Below, in pieces: positions 1 through 10,620 of a stretch of DNA of 64,000 bases (position 1 is the first letter of the stretch; each line of letters begins with the position of its first letter). The stretch is taken from positions 34,472,001 to 34,536,000 of the forward strand of contig NC_082712.1 in the NCBI RefSeq assembly GCF_030144855.1, given 5' to 3'. A program made the position numbers and the translations under genes. The notes under the pieces were generated by a model, which was given only the letters and a program-made list of their open reading frames with translations, did not search any database and had not been told where the DNA came from. The stretch comes from Hypanus sabinus. Taxonomy: Eukaryota.

Positions 1-1680
1 CCAGTATGTTTCCTGTAACACCATACGATTTTATCTTAAGGTGCCTCATATAAGTTTATCTTATCAAACACCTTCTGAGAATCTAAATAAATGACATCCA
101 CTGCTTCTCCCTTGTCCACCCTGCTTGTTACTTTGGAGAACTCCTAACAGATTTGTCAAGCAAGATTTCCCTTCAGAAACCATGCTGGCTTTGATTTATT
201 TTATCATTAGTCTCAAAGTACCCTGAAATCTTGTCCTTAATAATGGACTCTAACTGCTGAGGTTAGGCTAAGTGGCCTATGATTTCCTTTCTTTTGCCTT
301 CCTTCCTTGCAGTGGAGTGACATTTACACTTTTCCAATCCTCTTAGACCTTGCCAGAACCAGGTGATTCTTGAAAGATCATGATCAATGCATCCATTATC
401 TCTTCAGTAACCTCTCTGACTCTGGGATGTTGTCCATCTAGTCTAGGTGACTTCTCCACCTTGAGACTTTTGAGTTTGCCTTGCACTCTTTCCTTTGAAA
501 TAGCAATGGCACTCACTTCTGCTCCCTGACACTTGTGGACCTCTGGCATTAATGTGTCTTCCACAGTAAAGACTGAAGCAAAGTACTTACTAAATTGATT
601 TGCTATTTCGTTGTTTTCCCCCATTGCTACCTCACTAGCATCTTCCAGTGGTCCAATATTAATTCTCGCCCCCCCCCTTATTCTTTATGTAACTGAAAAA
701 AGCATTTAGTATCCTGCTTTATATTATTGGCTAGTTTACCTTCATCTTTTATCTTTTCCCTGATAGCTTTTTTGGTTGTTTTTTTTATTTTTAAAAGCTT
801 CCCAGTCATCCTAGCTTCCCACTCACTTTTGCTATCTTGTATGCCCTTTCCTTTTAAGCAGTCCTTAATTTCTCGTCAACCACAGTTGCCTACCCCTGCG
901 ACCTGAGAACTACTTGTGTGAGACATGTCTATCCTGTGCCTTGTGAGCTATTCTCAGACTTCAGCCTCCACTGCTTTGTTGTCATCCCTACCAGTATCCC
1001 CCTCCAATCCACCTGGGCACGCTCCTCTGTACTTTATTCCATTGCAATACTGATACATGTGACTTGTGTTTCTCCCTCTCAAACTGCAGTATGAATTCAA
1101 TCATATCTTGATCACTGCCTCCTAAGGATTCCTTTACATTAAGCTCCCTAATAAGATCAGTGTTATTACACAACACCCAATCTAAGATGGCCTTTCCCCT
1201 AATAGGCTCAAGCACAAGCTGCTCTAAAAAGCCATCTCGTAGGCACTCAACAAATTCCCTCTCTTGCAATTGCACACCAACCTGATTTTTCCCAATCCCC
1301 TTTCATATTAAAGACCCCCATTACAATTGTGATGTTAAACTTATTACATGCCCTTTCCAGTTCCCTTTGCAATCTCAACCCCACATCTTGGCTACTATTT
1401 GGAGGCCTATAGATGATTCCCCTAATGGTTTTATTACCCTTGCAGTTTCTTAACTCCACCCACAAGATTCAACTTTCTCAGACCCAATGTCACCACTTTC
1501 TAAGGATGTAATTCCATCTCTTGCCAACAGAGCCACACCACTGCCTATGGCTTCCTGCTTGTCCTTTTGATACAAAGTATGTACTTTAATGTTAACTCCC
1601 AACTATGACCTTTCAGCTACGATTCGGTGATGCCCACAATGTCATACTGATCAATCTCTAATGGCGCCACAAGTTCTGAA
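1..1680 (-). mobile_element. Degenerate CR1-type LINE ORF2 fragment (endonuclease to RT) in a ccnb1 intron
   Basis: Broken minus-strand ORFs 1247-1465 (IYRPPNS..IVMGVFN, APE endonuclease), 988-1275 (LEQLVLEPIRGKAILDWVL) and 343-624 (YFASVFT..KSPRLDG) are typical of CR1 ORF2, with many frameshifts. Boundaries approximate. Confidence 0.9.
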
Positions 1681-2279
1681 TGCAGGAGCTTCAGTCCTGC
1701 TTTATGAATTTTGCCTCTGAATATGGTATTAAAGTTGCAGTTAGATCAACATGATCTTATTAAATAGTACAGTAGGCTGAGCCAAATGGGCAGCCTACTG
1801 TTTCAATATGTATGATATCCTTTGGAACCTGAGCAGGATTAGGTCTTGTGCAAGGTCCAAGGCTTGCTGTTTGGAAAAGGATTCATTAATTTTAAAGACA
1901 TTTTCCCCACTCTATTCCATTAGATTTTAAGGTTTCATGCTTCCAATAACAGTATATCTGGTAAGGTTCTGGTTGAACTTGCAAAGATGTTTGCTAGCAG
2001 CATACTGTAGACTTGTTGAAACTACAATACTTCAGGCTTTCAAAATGGTGGACATGTCTGGTGTATAAAATTAATGCCATTTGGCCAATGGGAAATACTA
2101 CTGACATTCGGTATTGATCTTGTTCAAAACTTGTACAACACAAGAATCCACTTTCTCTAAGTTGAGGGAGTAAAACCACAGGTGTAAAATTTGTACCTTG
2201 AGTGTATTTTAAAATACCTGCTATTTTTAATATTTGGTTAATGCATCTATCAAATTTGGTTATTTGTTTTCTGGTGTAG

Positions 2280-5200
2280 GATGAAACAATACTTCTCCCA
2301 AATACAATAAAATGTGCCTCTCCAAAAAAGGAACCTGCAAAGATGTGCAAACAGCCGGAGGTTCTACCGCAAGAGTTCTTTCCAGAAGATTTAGTAAAAA
2401 TTGAGGTTTGGACTTGATTAGCAGATCTAGTAAAACCATATGTATATTTGTCTCAAATCTTGGCCTTTGGTCATCTGGAGCATAGAGGATTGAAATAAAA
2501 TGAATTCCTGTTTTTGGAAATTCATTCTACAATTTAATTAAGATTGATTAATTATTGATGGAAAATCTTGTACCCTTGGGATTTGAGGTTGTGATCCTGA
2601 GAATTTAGCTGTGGGATTTTTCCTGTCTACAGACTTTTTTAAATGGGGAAAATTAATCCTTGTACTATTTTTAAAACTTTGCAATTTATTAAAACTGCAG
2701 TTTTACAGCTTTGTGTGAAGGATTTCTCTTTAGAAAGTATCCAAGTTAGACGGACTCATGATTTTTTTAACATTCCTTTTTTCCTTAAAAGGAAGAATTT
2801 CTTTAGCTAATGAAAGTAGTATCTGACAAATGCTTAGATGCTGCTTGTTCTGAAGCACTGTTCTTAGTGAACAATTGGTTTAACACTTGTACAAACTGAA
2901 ATATTCAGAAAGGTGTTTTGGTGGAGGGTTTGTGGTATTGGTGCTGGGCTCAAAGGATTGGAATGACTTTGTCGTCTAGAGCCACTCTCTAAAGACAGAT
3001 TATATTAATTTTTCATTTTTGAAGGAACATGTAATTAAATTCAAAACTGACTTGAATGTTCAATTAGAAATTTAAAATGCAAGGTGCTGGCCCTATGTCT
3101 AAGTTGTCACTTCCTATAACATTGCAAATACTATACAGGTACCACCAACTCCAATGGACATTTCAATGTGCGTGTCAGAAGAACTGTGTGATGCCTTCTC
3201 AGTCTCAATCCTTCCTGTTGAAGATGTTGATATAAATGATGGCAACAACCCAGTACTCTGCAGTAACTACGTTAAAGATATCTACAAGTATTTAAGACAA
3301 CTAGAGGTTGGTCTTTCTCTGAACTTTAAAGTGGATCTAAAGCACTACAGTACAAACCACAGAATAGTCTATTAATTATGAGGAGAAATTGAGACATGGG
3401 TAAAAACTTTTTTAATCCTTGGACCTTGAATTTAGAATGTAACTCTGGGCTATTAGCTGGCTAAAGAAGTGTGCCTATAAATCAGTGGCAAAAATAGCAA
3501 ACTTCTGGAAGATGTCAATGGATCAGGCTGCTTCTATGAAGGGCACGAGCAATTGATGGTTTGGTTCAAAACTCTTTATTTGTTCCAGGTGGAGTGTCTC
3601 AAGCCAAAGCTTGGACTGCCCATTTTCTTCCTGACCCACCAAGCTCCCCCAGCATTTGTTGTTTGCACCAGATTCCAACATCTGTAATCTTGCCTTTAAA
3701 CCAAATGGACCTGAAGTCTTAAACACTGTTGCTCCATCTTTTACATTACTTAGATTTCTAAGCTTGTGTAAGATGGAAAATTTGTAGCTGGATTTGAAGA
3801 GGTAGGATTTGTGGACATGAGGTAGCCAGGATCTTGGAGCAGCCTAGGACTTTCAGTTAACCTGACCAGTAGCAAATGAAGTTTTGATAAAAGATGTGCT
3901 GTACTGTTTTGTATGGGATGAATTATTTTCCAGAGGGAGGCAACTATGAATATGCTGCTGAGGTAATTTCCAAGAAACTGCCAAGTTCCAAGAACTGTCC
4001 TGTTTCTTTGAGCTATATGGTTGTTGTGGAAAACACTGAACTGGTGGCAAAGGTGTATCCGGTAAGAGCATGTTGCAGCAAAATTATGACAACTAAGTGG
4101 ATATTTGCTTGAGCACTTGGGTTATTGAATGGGGCTTAAATGGATAAGTCTTGCCTAATGATTAGGATCTTTCTGTGGAAAGATGTGATTAAATGGCCTG
4201 AAAGATGGCTTGTTTATTTGGTATGTAGCTTTCTTGGTTGTGAAGTGCTCAAAGATGAGTATGCACTAGCTTCTATTACTGAAGTCTGGCATAACATTTC
4301 ATAAATCACTACTGTCATTCAGGCTATTCTAATACATTACTCAAGTGCTTTCAATATGGTTGAAGTTTCCAATTCTCTCTTAAAATTGAAAATCCTACCA
4401 AATTGTCATGAATCACCAACTTTTGTAGCTTTATTACTAAAGTACATGACTGGTCCTTCCTCATACAGGTTGAGCAAGCAGTGCGACCAAACTACTTGGC
4501 TGGGCAAGTGATAACTGGAGCTATGCGTGCTATCTTAATTGACTGGCTTGTGCAAGTTCAAGTAAAATTTAAGCTACTTCCAGAAACGCTCTACATGACT
4601 GTGTCCATCTTGGACAGGTTTCTCCAGGTAAGGATTCCTGAGGGGAAAATGGACTATTATTCATCTGTGCAAACTGCCCAACTACGCATCTATTTTGGTC
4701 CATGGATAAGCACTTGAAAGAAAGGTACTATTTAAAATACAAATGGAGTGAGCATTTTTCAAAACAATAACTTGTTTCTGAATTGAGTCTGGCATGACCA
4801 TGAATTGAGTATATAATGATTTCTAACTTTCCAATTTTTAAAAAATAAGCTTAATTGTGAATAGCTCTAATTCTTGGATGAAATAAATGTTACCAATACA
4901 ATCAAAGGCAGAAGAAATTCTGAATTTTTGTTCATTATAGATTACTTTTCTTAGGATAACCCAGTAACCAAGAAAAATCTGCAACTTGTTGGAGTCACGG
5001 CAATGTTTATTGCTTCTAAATATGAAGAGGTTTATCCTCCAGAAATTGGGGACTTCGTCATCATCACTGATAATGCTTATACTACTGCTCAAGTACGTCA
5101 AATGGAGAGGTGGATATTGAAGAAACTCTGCTTTTCTCTTGGCAAGCCAGTTCCACTGCACTTCCTCAGAAGGGCATCAAAAGTTGCAGATGTAAGCATT

Positions 5201-7378
5201 TTCCTATAATTTGATGGCTTTGACAAAATGTTGGTTTTAATATCCCAGAAGATGGCCTCACACGATCAATATAGAACAAATTGAGCTTTTCCAACAGTGA
5301 ATGTCCTGTTGTAAGCATGTTGGTAGATCTACCAGTAATTGTGATTGTTAAACTGTATCTTGTGTATTCTTGTTTCCACATTTCCATGAATTCTGTATGG
5401 TTAAGAGCTGTGCAGTATGACATCTCCATGATCAACTTTCATGATTAACTAGTGGAACATTTCAAGTTGCATTACCTGATATTTAACCTCTTGATGTAGG
5501 TTAGTGCAGAACAACATGCTCTTGCCAAATACCTAATGGAACTGACAATAGGGGATTATGACATGGCACATTATCCTCCATCCCTGATTGCAGCAGCGGC
5601 CATCCACCTTGCTCAGAAACTCTTTAACTCTGGTGAATGGGTGAGTACCTTGAGTATTGACAATAATTCTGGTTTGAACCAATGCATGTTCAAAACATAG
5701 ACAATAGACAATAGGTGCAGAAGTAGACCATTCGGCCCCTTGAGTCTGCACTGCCATTCTGAGATCATGGCTGATCATTCACTATCAATACCCAGTCCCT
5801 GCCTTGTCCTAGTATCCCTTGATTCCCCTATCCATCAGATATCTATCTAGCTCCTTCTTGAAAGCATCCAGAGAATTGGCCTCCACCGTCTTCCGAGGCA
5901 GTGCATTCCACACCTCCACTTCTCTCTGGGAGAAGAAGCTCTTCCTCAACTCTGTTTTAAATAACTGACTTATTCTCAATCCATGCCCTCTGGTACTGGA
6001 CTCTCCCAACATCTGGAACATATTTCCTGCCTTAATCCTATCAAATCCTTTAATTATCTTAAACGTTTCAATCAGATCCCCTCTCAATCTCCTCAATTCC
6101 AGCGTGTACAAGCCCAATCTCTCCAATCTCTCGGCGTAAGACAGCCCTGCCATCCCAGGAATCAACCTAGTGAATCTATGCTGCACTTCCTCAATTGCCA
6201 GAATGTCCTTCCTTAAACCTGGAGACCAAAACTGTACACAATATTCCAGGTGTGGTCTCACCAGGGCCCTGTACAAATGCAAAAGGACATCCTTGCTCTT
6301 GTACTCAATTCCCCTTGTAACAAAGGCCAACATTCCATTTGCCCTCTTCACTGCCTGTTGCACTTGCTCATTCACCTTCATTGACTGGTGAACTAGGACT
6401 CCTAGGTCTCTTTGCATTCCTCCCTTACCTAACTCTACACTGTTCAGACAATACTCTGCCCTCTTGTTCCTGCTTCCAAAGTGGATAACTTCACATTTAT
6501 TCACATTGAATGACATCTGCCAAGTATCTGCCCACTCACCCAGCCTATCCAAGTCTCCCTGTATTCTCCTAACGTCCTCTTCGCATGTCACACTGCCACC
6601 CAGTTTAGTATCATCAGCAAACTTGCTGATATAGTTTTCAATGCCCTCATCTAAATCATTGACATAAATCGTAAAGAGCTGTGGTCCCAATACAGAGCCC
6701 TGTGGTACCCCACTAGTCACCTCCAGCCAGTCCGAGAAACACCCATTCACTGCTACCCTTTGCTAATCATTGTTGTTTTTAGACTCCCCTCTTGCAGTAT
6801 TACCTCTCGTATGAAGAAGAGGATTTGCTTCCAGTTATGCAACACATAGCAAAAAATGTTGTCCAAGTCAATAACGGTCTCACCAAGCATATGGTAAGTT
6901 TAAAACTTGAGCTAGCTTGGTAACAGTTGACATTTTTCAAAGTGGGTCTTTAGTTGAATTTGGCACATAACATCCTTGCCTGCAGTGGAGAAAAATGCCT
7001 TTAAGAATCCAGAAGAGCCTTCTGACTGAACTAAATGTTCAAACATTTTGCCAAATGTTCAGTCAATGTGCTGCACTGTTCAGTCTTGTCAAAAATCCAG
7101 TGTTTCAATTAACTGGATGCAGACATGCGGTAGTGCATAAACAAGAATGCAGAAATTTATTTAGTCTAAATAAATGCCTCAGACAATACAAATGTTTTCT
7201 AAGCTGCATTAACCATAATTTTAGCAAGCCAGACTTTTATAAATTGAAACTCTTTTCTTTCGTGCAGACTGTTAAGAACAAATATGCTAGAAAGAGTGAA
7301 CTAAGGATCAGCACCATCTTGCAACTGACATCAGTCCTGATTTTCAATTTGTCAAGATCACTAATCTCCAAACAATAA
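2280..7378 (+). CDS. ccnb1: G2/mitotic-specific cyclin-B1, 5'-partial (7 exons in window; D-box exons lie upstream)
   Basis: Exons 2280-2405 (least certain), 3139-3306, 4469-4627, 4955-5191, 5500-5640, 6783-6893, 7268-7378 (TAA); all AG/GT bounded, all phase 0. Translation has EELCDAFS (NES/CRS region), [29 protein letters not shown] (cyclin box), [35 protein letters not shown] and VKNKY. B1-type [10 protein letters not shown] and a downstream cenph support B1 over B2. Confidence 0.95.
5696..6764 (-). mobile_element. Young, 5'-truncated CR1 LINE (RT C-terminus plus 3' tail) in a ccnb1 intron
   Basis: Uninterrupted 313-aa ORF 5809-6750 ([36 protein letters not shown]). Microsatellite tail ATAGACAATAGACAATAG at ~5697-5714. 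Confidence 0.95.
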
Positions 7379-7435
7379 AGTAGTATGTCTGTACTGCTTG
7401 AACTTGTTGCTGGCAGTGTCTTAACTAATTTATTA

Positions 7436-7458
7436 TTTTATGCATTTTAATCAATAAA
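7436..7458 (+). promoter_or_regulatory. ccnb1 3'UTR: two cytoplasmic polyadenylation elements next to the AATAAA hexamer
   Basis: TTTTAT 7436-7441, TTTTAAT 7445-7451, AATAAA 7453-7458, about 60-80 nt after the stop codon. This is the classic maternal cyclin B1 mRNA layout. Confidence 0.75.
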
Positions 7459-7599
7459 GAATTTCTTGTTTGAAAGCCTATGCTTGTACTGCACTTTCAT
7501 GTCACTCCAGTAGCAGTACTGAATTAGACCAATTGCCCTGCTGACCTCTACCTGTAGACTTGCCCATACAATGCTGGATAGCTTTGAAGTTGTGAGCTT

Positions 7600-8215
7600 T
7601 ATTTCTAACCTCTAGCCATCCACACTTGTATTGGACACAAAGGTTGTCTAGGATCTTGGAGCAACAGGAAAGATGAGCAAATAAATGGCATATGACACTA
7701 ATATCACAGTATTGCATTTTGGGAAGTTAAACCAGGGCAGGGTATATAGGTTAAATAACAGGGCACTGGAATGTTGTAGACTTGGGGGTGGGGGGGGGGG
7801 GGGGTATGAGTACATTTTTACCAGAAAATAGTGACAGGGATATAAAGTGAAGGTATGGCACACTTGTATTAATCAATAAGGCACTGAGTACAAGAATTGA
7901 GTTGTATTACAGCCATTTAAAACATTAGTGAGACAACACTTGGAATATTGTGTGTAATTCTGATTGTTATTGTATTAGGAAGGGTGTGATTGAGGTAGAA
8001 GGAACAAAAGATTCACAAGGATGTTGATGGGACTGGATGGCTTGAGAGACTTGGATCTTGCAGAGATTTTTTTTTTAAATCTTGAGGGTCATGGGGAGTT
8101 AAGTCTTTTCACCCAAGATGGGTGAATTTAAAATGAGGGCACAGGTTTAATAAACAAAGGGGAAGGATTTAAATTGGGGCTGGAATTGTTTCCACGCAGG
8201 GTGGTGTACATGGAG
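7600..8215 (+). mobile_element. Highly degenerate CR1 3' fragment, interrupted by a Tc1 element and resuming at ~9785-9900
   Basis: Decayed CR1 RT motifs (ttgcattttgggaag, cacttggaatattgtgtg, agattcacaaggatgttg). A CR1 3'UTR-like gggccgaag... stretch follows the Tc1. Confidence 0.6.
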
Positions 8216-8217
8216 TA

Positions 8218-9782
8218 CACTGGTGCTAGGAAGTTTGTGGACCCATAGAATTTTCTATTTCTGCACAAATGACTGAACTGTGATCAGATCTTCATGCAAA
8301 TCCTAAAACTAGATAGAGAACCCAATTGAATAACACAGTCGTTTGTTTAGTGAGGAAAAATGAACCAATATTTCGTGTATTTGGGGAAAAAATGTGAACC
8401 TTTGCTTTCAGTAACTGGTGTCACCCCTTGTATAATAACTTCAACCAAACATTTACAGTAACTGTTGATCAGTCCTACACATTGGCTTGGAGGAAATTTA
8501 GGCCATTCCTCCTTGCAAAACTGCTTCAACTCTGGGATGTTGGTGGGCTTACTTGCACGAACTGCTTGATTTCAGGTCTGTCCACCACATTTCTATAGGA
8601 TTAAGAACTTTGGGCCATTTCATAATACAATTTTATTTAAACCATTCTGTTGATTCACTCTTTAAGATCACTGTCTTGTTGCATTATTCAACTTCTATTA
8701 AGCTTCAGGCGACAAACTGCTGCCCTAACATTTTCCTGTAAAATGCCTTGATACAATTTCAAATTCATCGCTGAATTTGATGAATTCATCGATTCATTGC
8801 TCCCTCAATGATTGCAAGCTGTCCAGTCCCTGAGGCAGCAATGCCACCATGCCTCACATTTGAGATGGTTTAGTATTGGTGTGCAGTGCCTGTTTTCCTC
8901 CACACATAGCAATGTGCATTTCTGCCAGAAAGTTCAACTTTTCTCTCATCCATCCAAACACAGAACATTGTCCTAGAAGCACTGTAGAACATCCAGGTGG
9001 TCTTTTGCAAGTTTGAAATGTGCAGCAATGTTTTTTATTAGAGCATTAGTTTCCTCTATGGTGTCCTTTCATAAGCCCCATACTTATTTGGTGTTTTCTT
9101 TTGTGGACAGAGACTTTAGCAAGTTCTAAGGTTTTCTGATGGGACTTCTGTTCTTACCCCTGGGTTCTTTTTCATCTTGGTGTTATCTTTGCAGGATGGC
9201 CACTCCTGGCAAGAGTACAGAGTTTCTACCATTTGCAGACAATTTCTCTTGCTGTGGACTGAAACACTACAAATGTTTTTGTAGCCTTTTACAGCTCCAT
9301 GCAAGGCTACTATTCTTCTAGGGTCATCAAAGTTCTTTTGATGGGGGCATGGTGACATGCACAGATTTCTCTTGAAGAGCAGGCTCTGACAGTAACGTGA
9401 CTTCCTCCTTTTTCTGTCAACAGTATCTTGCCCAGTGTTTCAAGTCCCCATCAAATAACTGCCTCGATGGGGAGGCTCTCCGCTTCCACAATCCTGTTGC
9501 GTAGTGTCTTCCATACTTCAACTGCCGCCCGGATAAAAATCTCATCTCATTAATTGGAACACCTGACTCCAAATAATTTTTGAAGGCATTACCTCAGAGG
9601 TTCGTACTTTTTCCAACAAATACGTGGAATAGTATTTGTTGATCATTTTTCTCAACAAAAACATACTATTTTATTTAATTGAGTTCTCTCTAGTTTTAGG
9701 CCTTACGTGAGATCTGATTGGGTCATATTTACGCGGGAATAGATAAAATTCTGCAGGGTTCACAAACTGTCGGACGAACTAG
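8218..9782 (-). mobile_element. Degenerate Tc1/mariner DNA transposon
   Basis: TA flanks (8216-17, 9783-84). Imperfect TIRs: AGTTTGTGGACCCATAGAATTTTCTATT at the left end versus the reverse complement of AATAGATAAAATTCTGCAGGGTTCACAAACT at the right. Transposase C-terminal remnant KQFCKEEWPKFPPSQCVGLINSYCKCLVEVI at 8347-8529. Confidence 0.85.
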
Positions 9783-9899
9783 TAAAGGCAGCTACAATTA
9801 CAGCATTTGAAAGGCATTTGGACAGATTCTGGGATGAGTTTTGATAGATGCGGGCCTTGACTGAGTTGGGCCGAAGTGCCCGTTTCCATCCCGTATCAC

Positions 9900-10620
9900 T
9901 GTTTTAAGCCTGTGCTAGGCAACTTCCAACTAAATCCCAACGCTACTTGGCAACCACATGAAACAAATGCCGAAATTTGAGCTTACCTTTGATAAATGTT
10001 GGAAATCCAGTTCACTTGATTGAAACGCTCCCTCGAATGGACTTCCAGACTTCTAGATTTAGGATTAAACACGGCAGAGGGCATGGTTTCGGGATAGATT
10101 CTGGACTTCACTAAATATCGACAGCAATCTGCAAGCGATGTCTCGACCGCTCGGCAATCGGAAGAAGAAAGTGACATTTGGGGAGCAACTAACTTACCGT
10201 GAGTTACCAAACACCGTCTGACGCTGGCGTGGATACAGGTGATGGGACTGTTTGGGTTTTCCAGTGCACTTTTCTTTTAACTCTAATAGCCCGCTTAATT
10301 TTCTTTATGGTCTGATGGCAATGACAAAGTTCGTACCACCCCTTGCAGTATTTGACAATCCTCATATCCGTCTCCAGGTCAGGCCACGGCAGAAAGCGCT
10401 CATCGCCATGGCAATGCGATCCGGTCCCACTTCGTTTTCCTTCTCAAAGAGCTAAAGTTATCTTCTCCCTTTTACCGGGCTTTGAAGGAGAAGGATGTCG
10501 TAACCACCGAGCAAGTGGGACAGATTGAGGTAAAGTTATATTGCATGTTATTTTGTCCCGTTGAACTTTGAGTCGCGAGCAGTTCTCGGGTCAATAGACA
10601 AGCAGACGCCGCTCTGCAGT
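9900..10620 (+). promoter_or_regulatory. CpG-enriched promoter/first-exon region of the CARD-coiled-coil gene with two RFX X-box-like sites
   Basis: Local rise in CpG density around exons 1-2. TGTGCTAGGCAAC 9911-9923 and GCTACTTGGCAAC 9942-9954 resemble RFX X-boxes (GTTGCCnnGYAAC). Confidence 0.55.

Noticed and set aside
6995-7267. 127-aa ORF 6995-7378 as a separate gene
   Set aside because: Only 7268-7378 is the last ccnb1 exon; the upstream part is open intron sequence.
2280-7378. Cyclin B2 or B3 identity
   Set aside because: The PMDISM segment is B2-like, but [19 protein letters not shown], the C-terminal exons and linkage to cenph fit B1.
7784-7804. Poly-G/poly-C runs (also ~10800, ~18150, ~27063) as G-quadruplex signals
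   Set aside because: These are simple homopolymers, often within decayed repeats, with no supporting context.
10252-10528. ORF-track ORFs 10252-10455 and 10343-10528
   Set aside because: These are the wrong frames; the spliced CARD exon uses the third frame (10378-10529).
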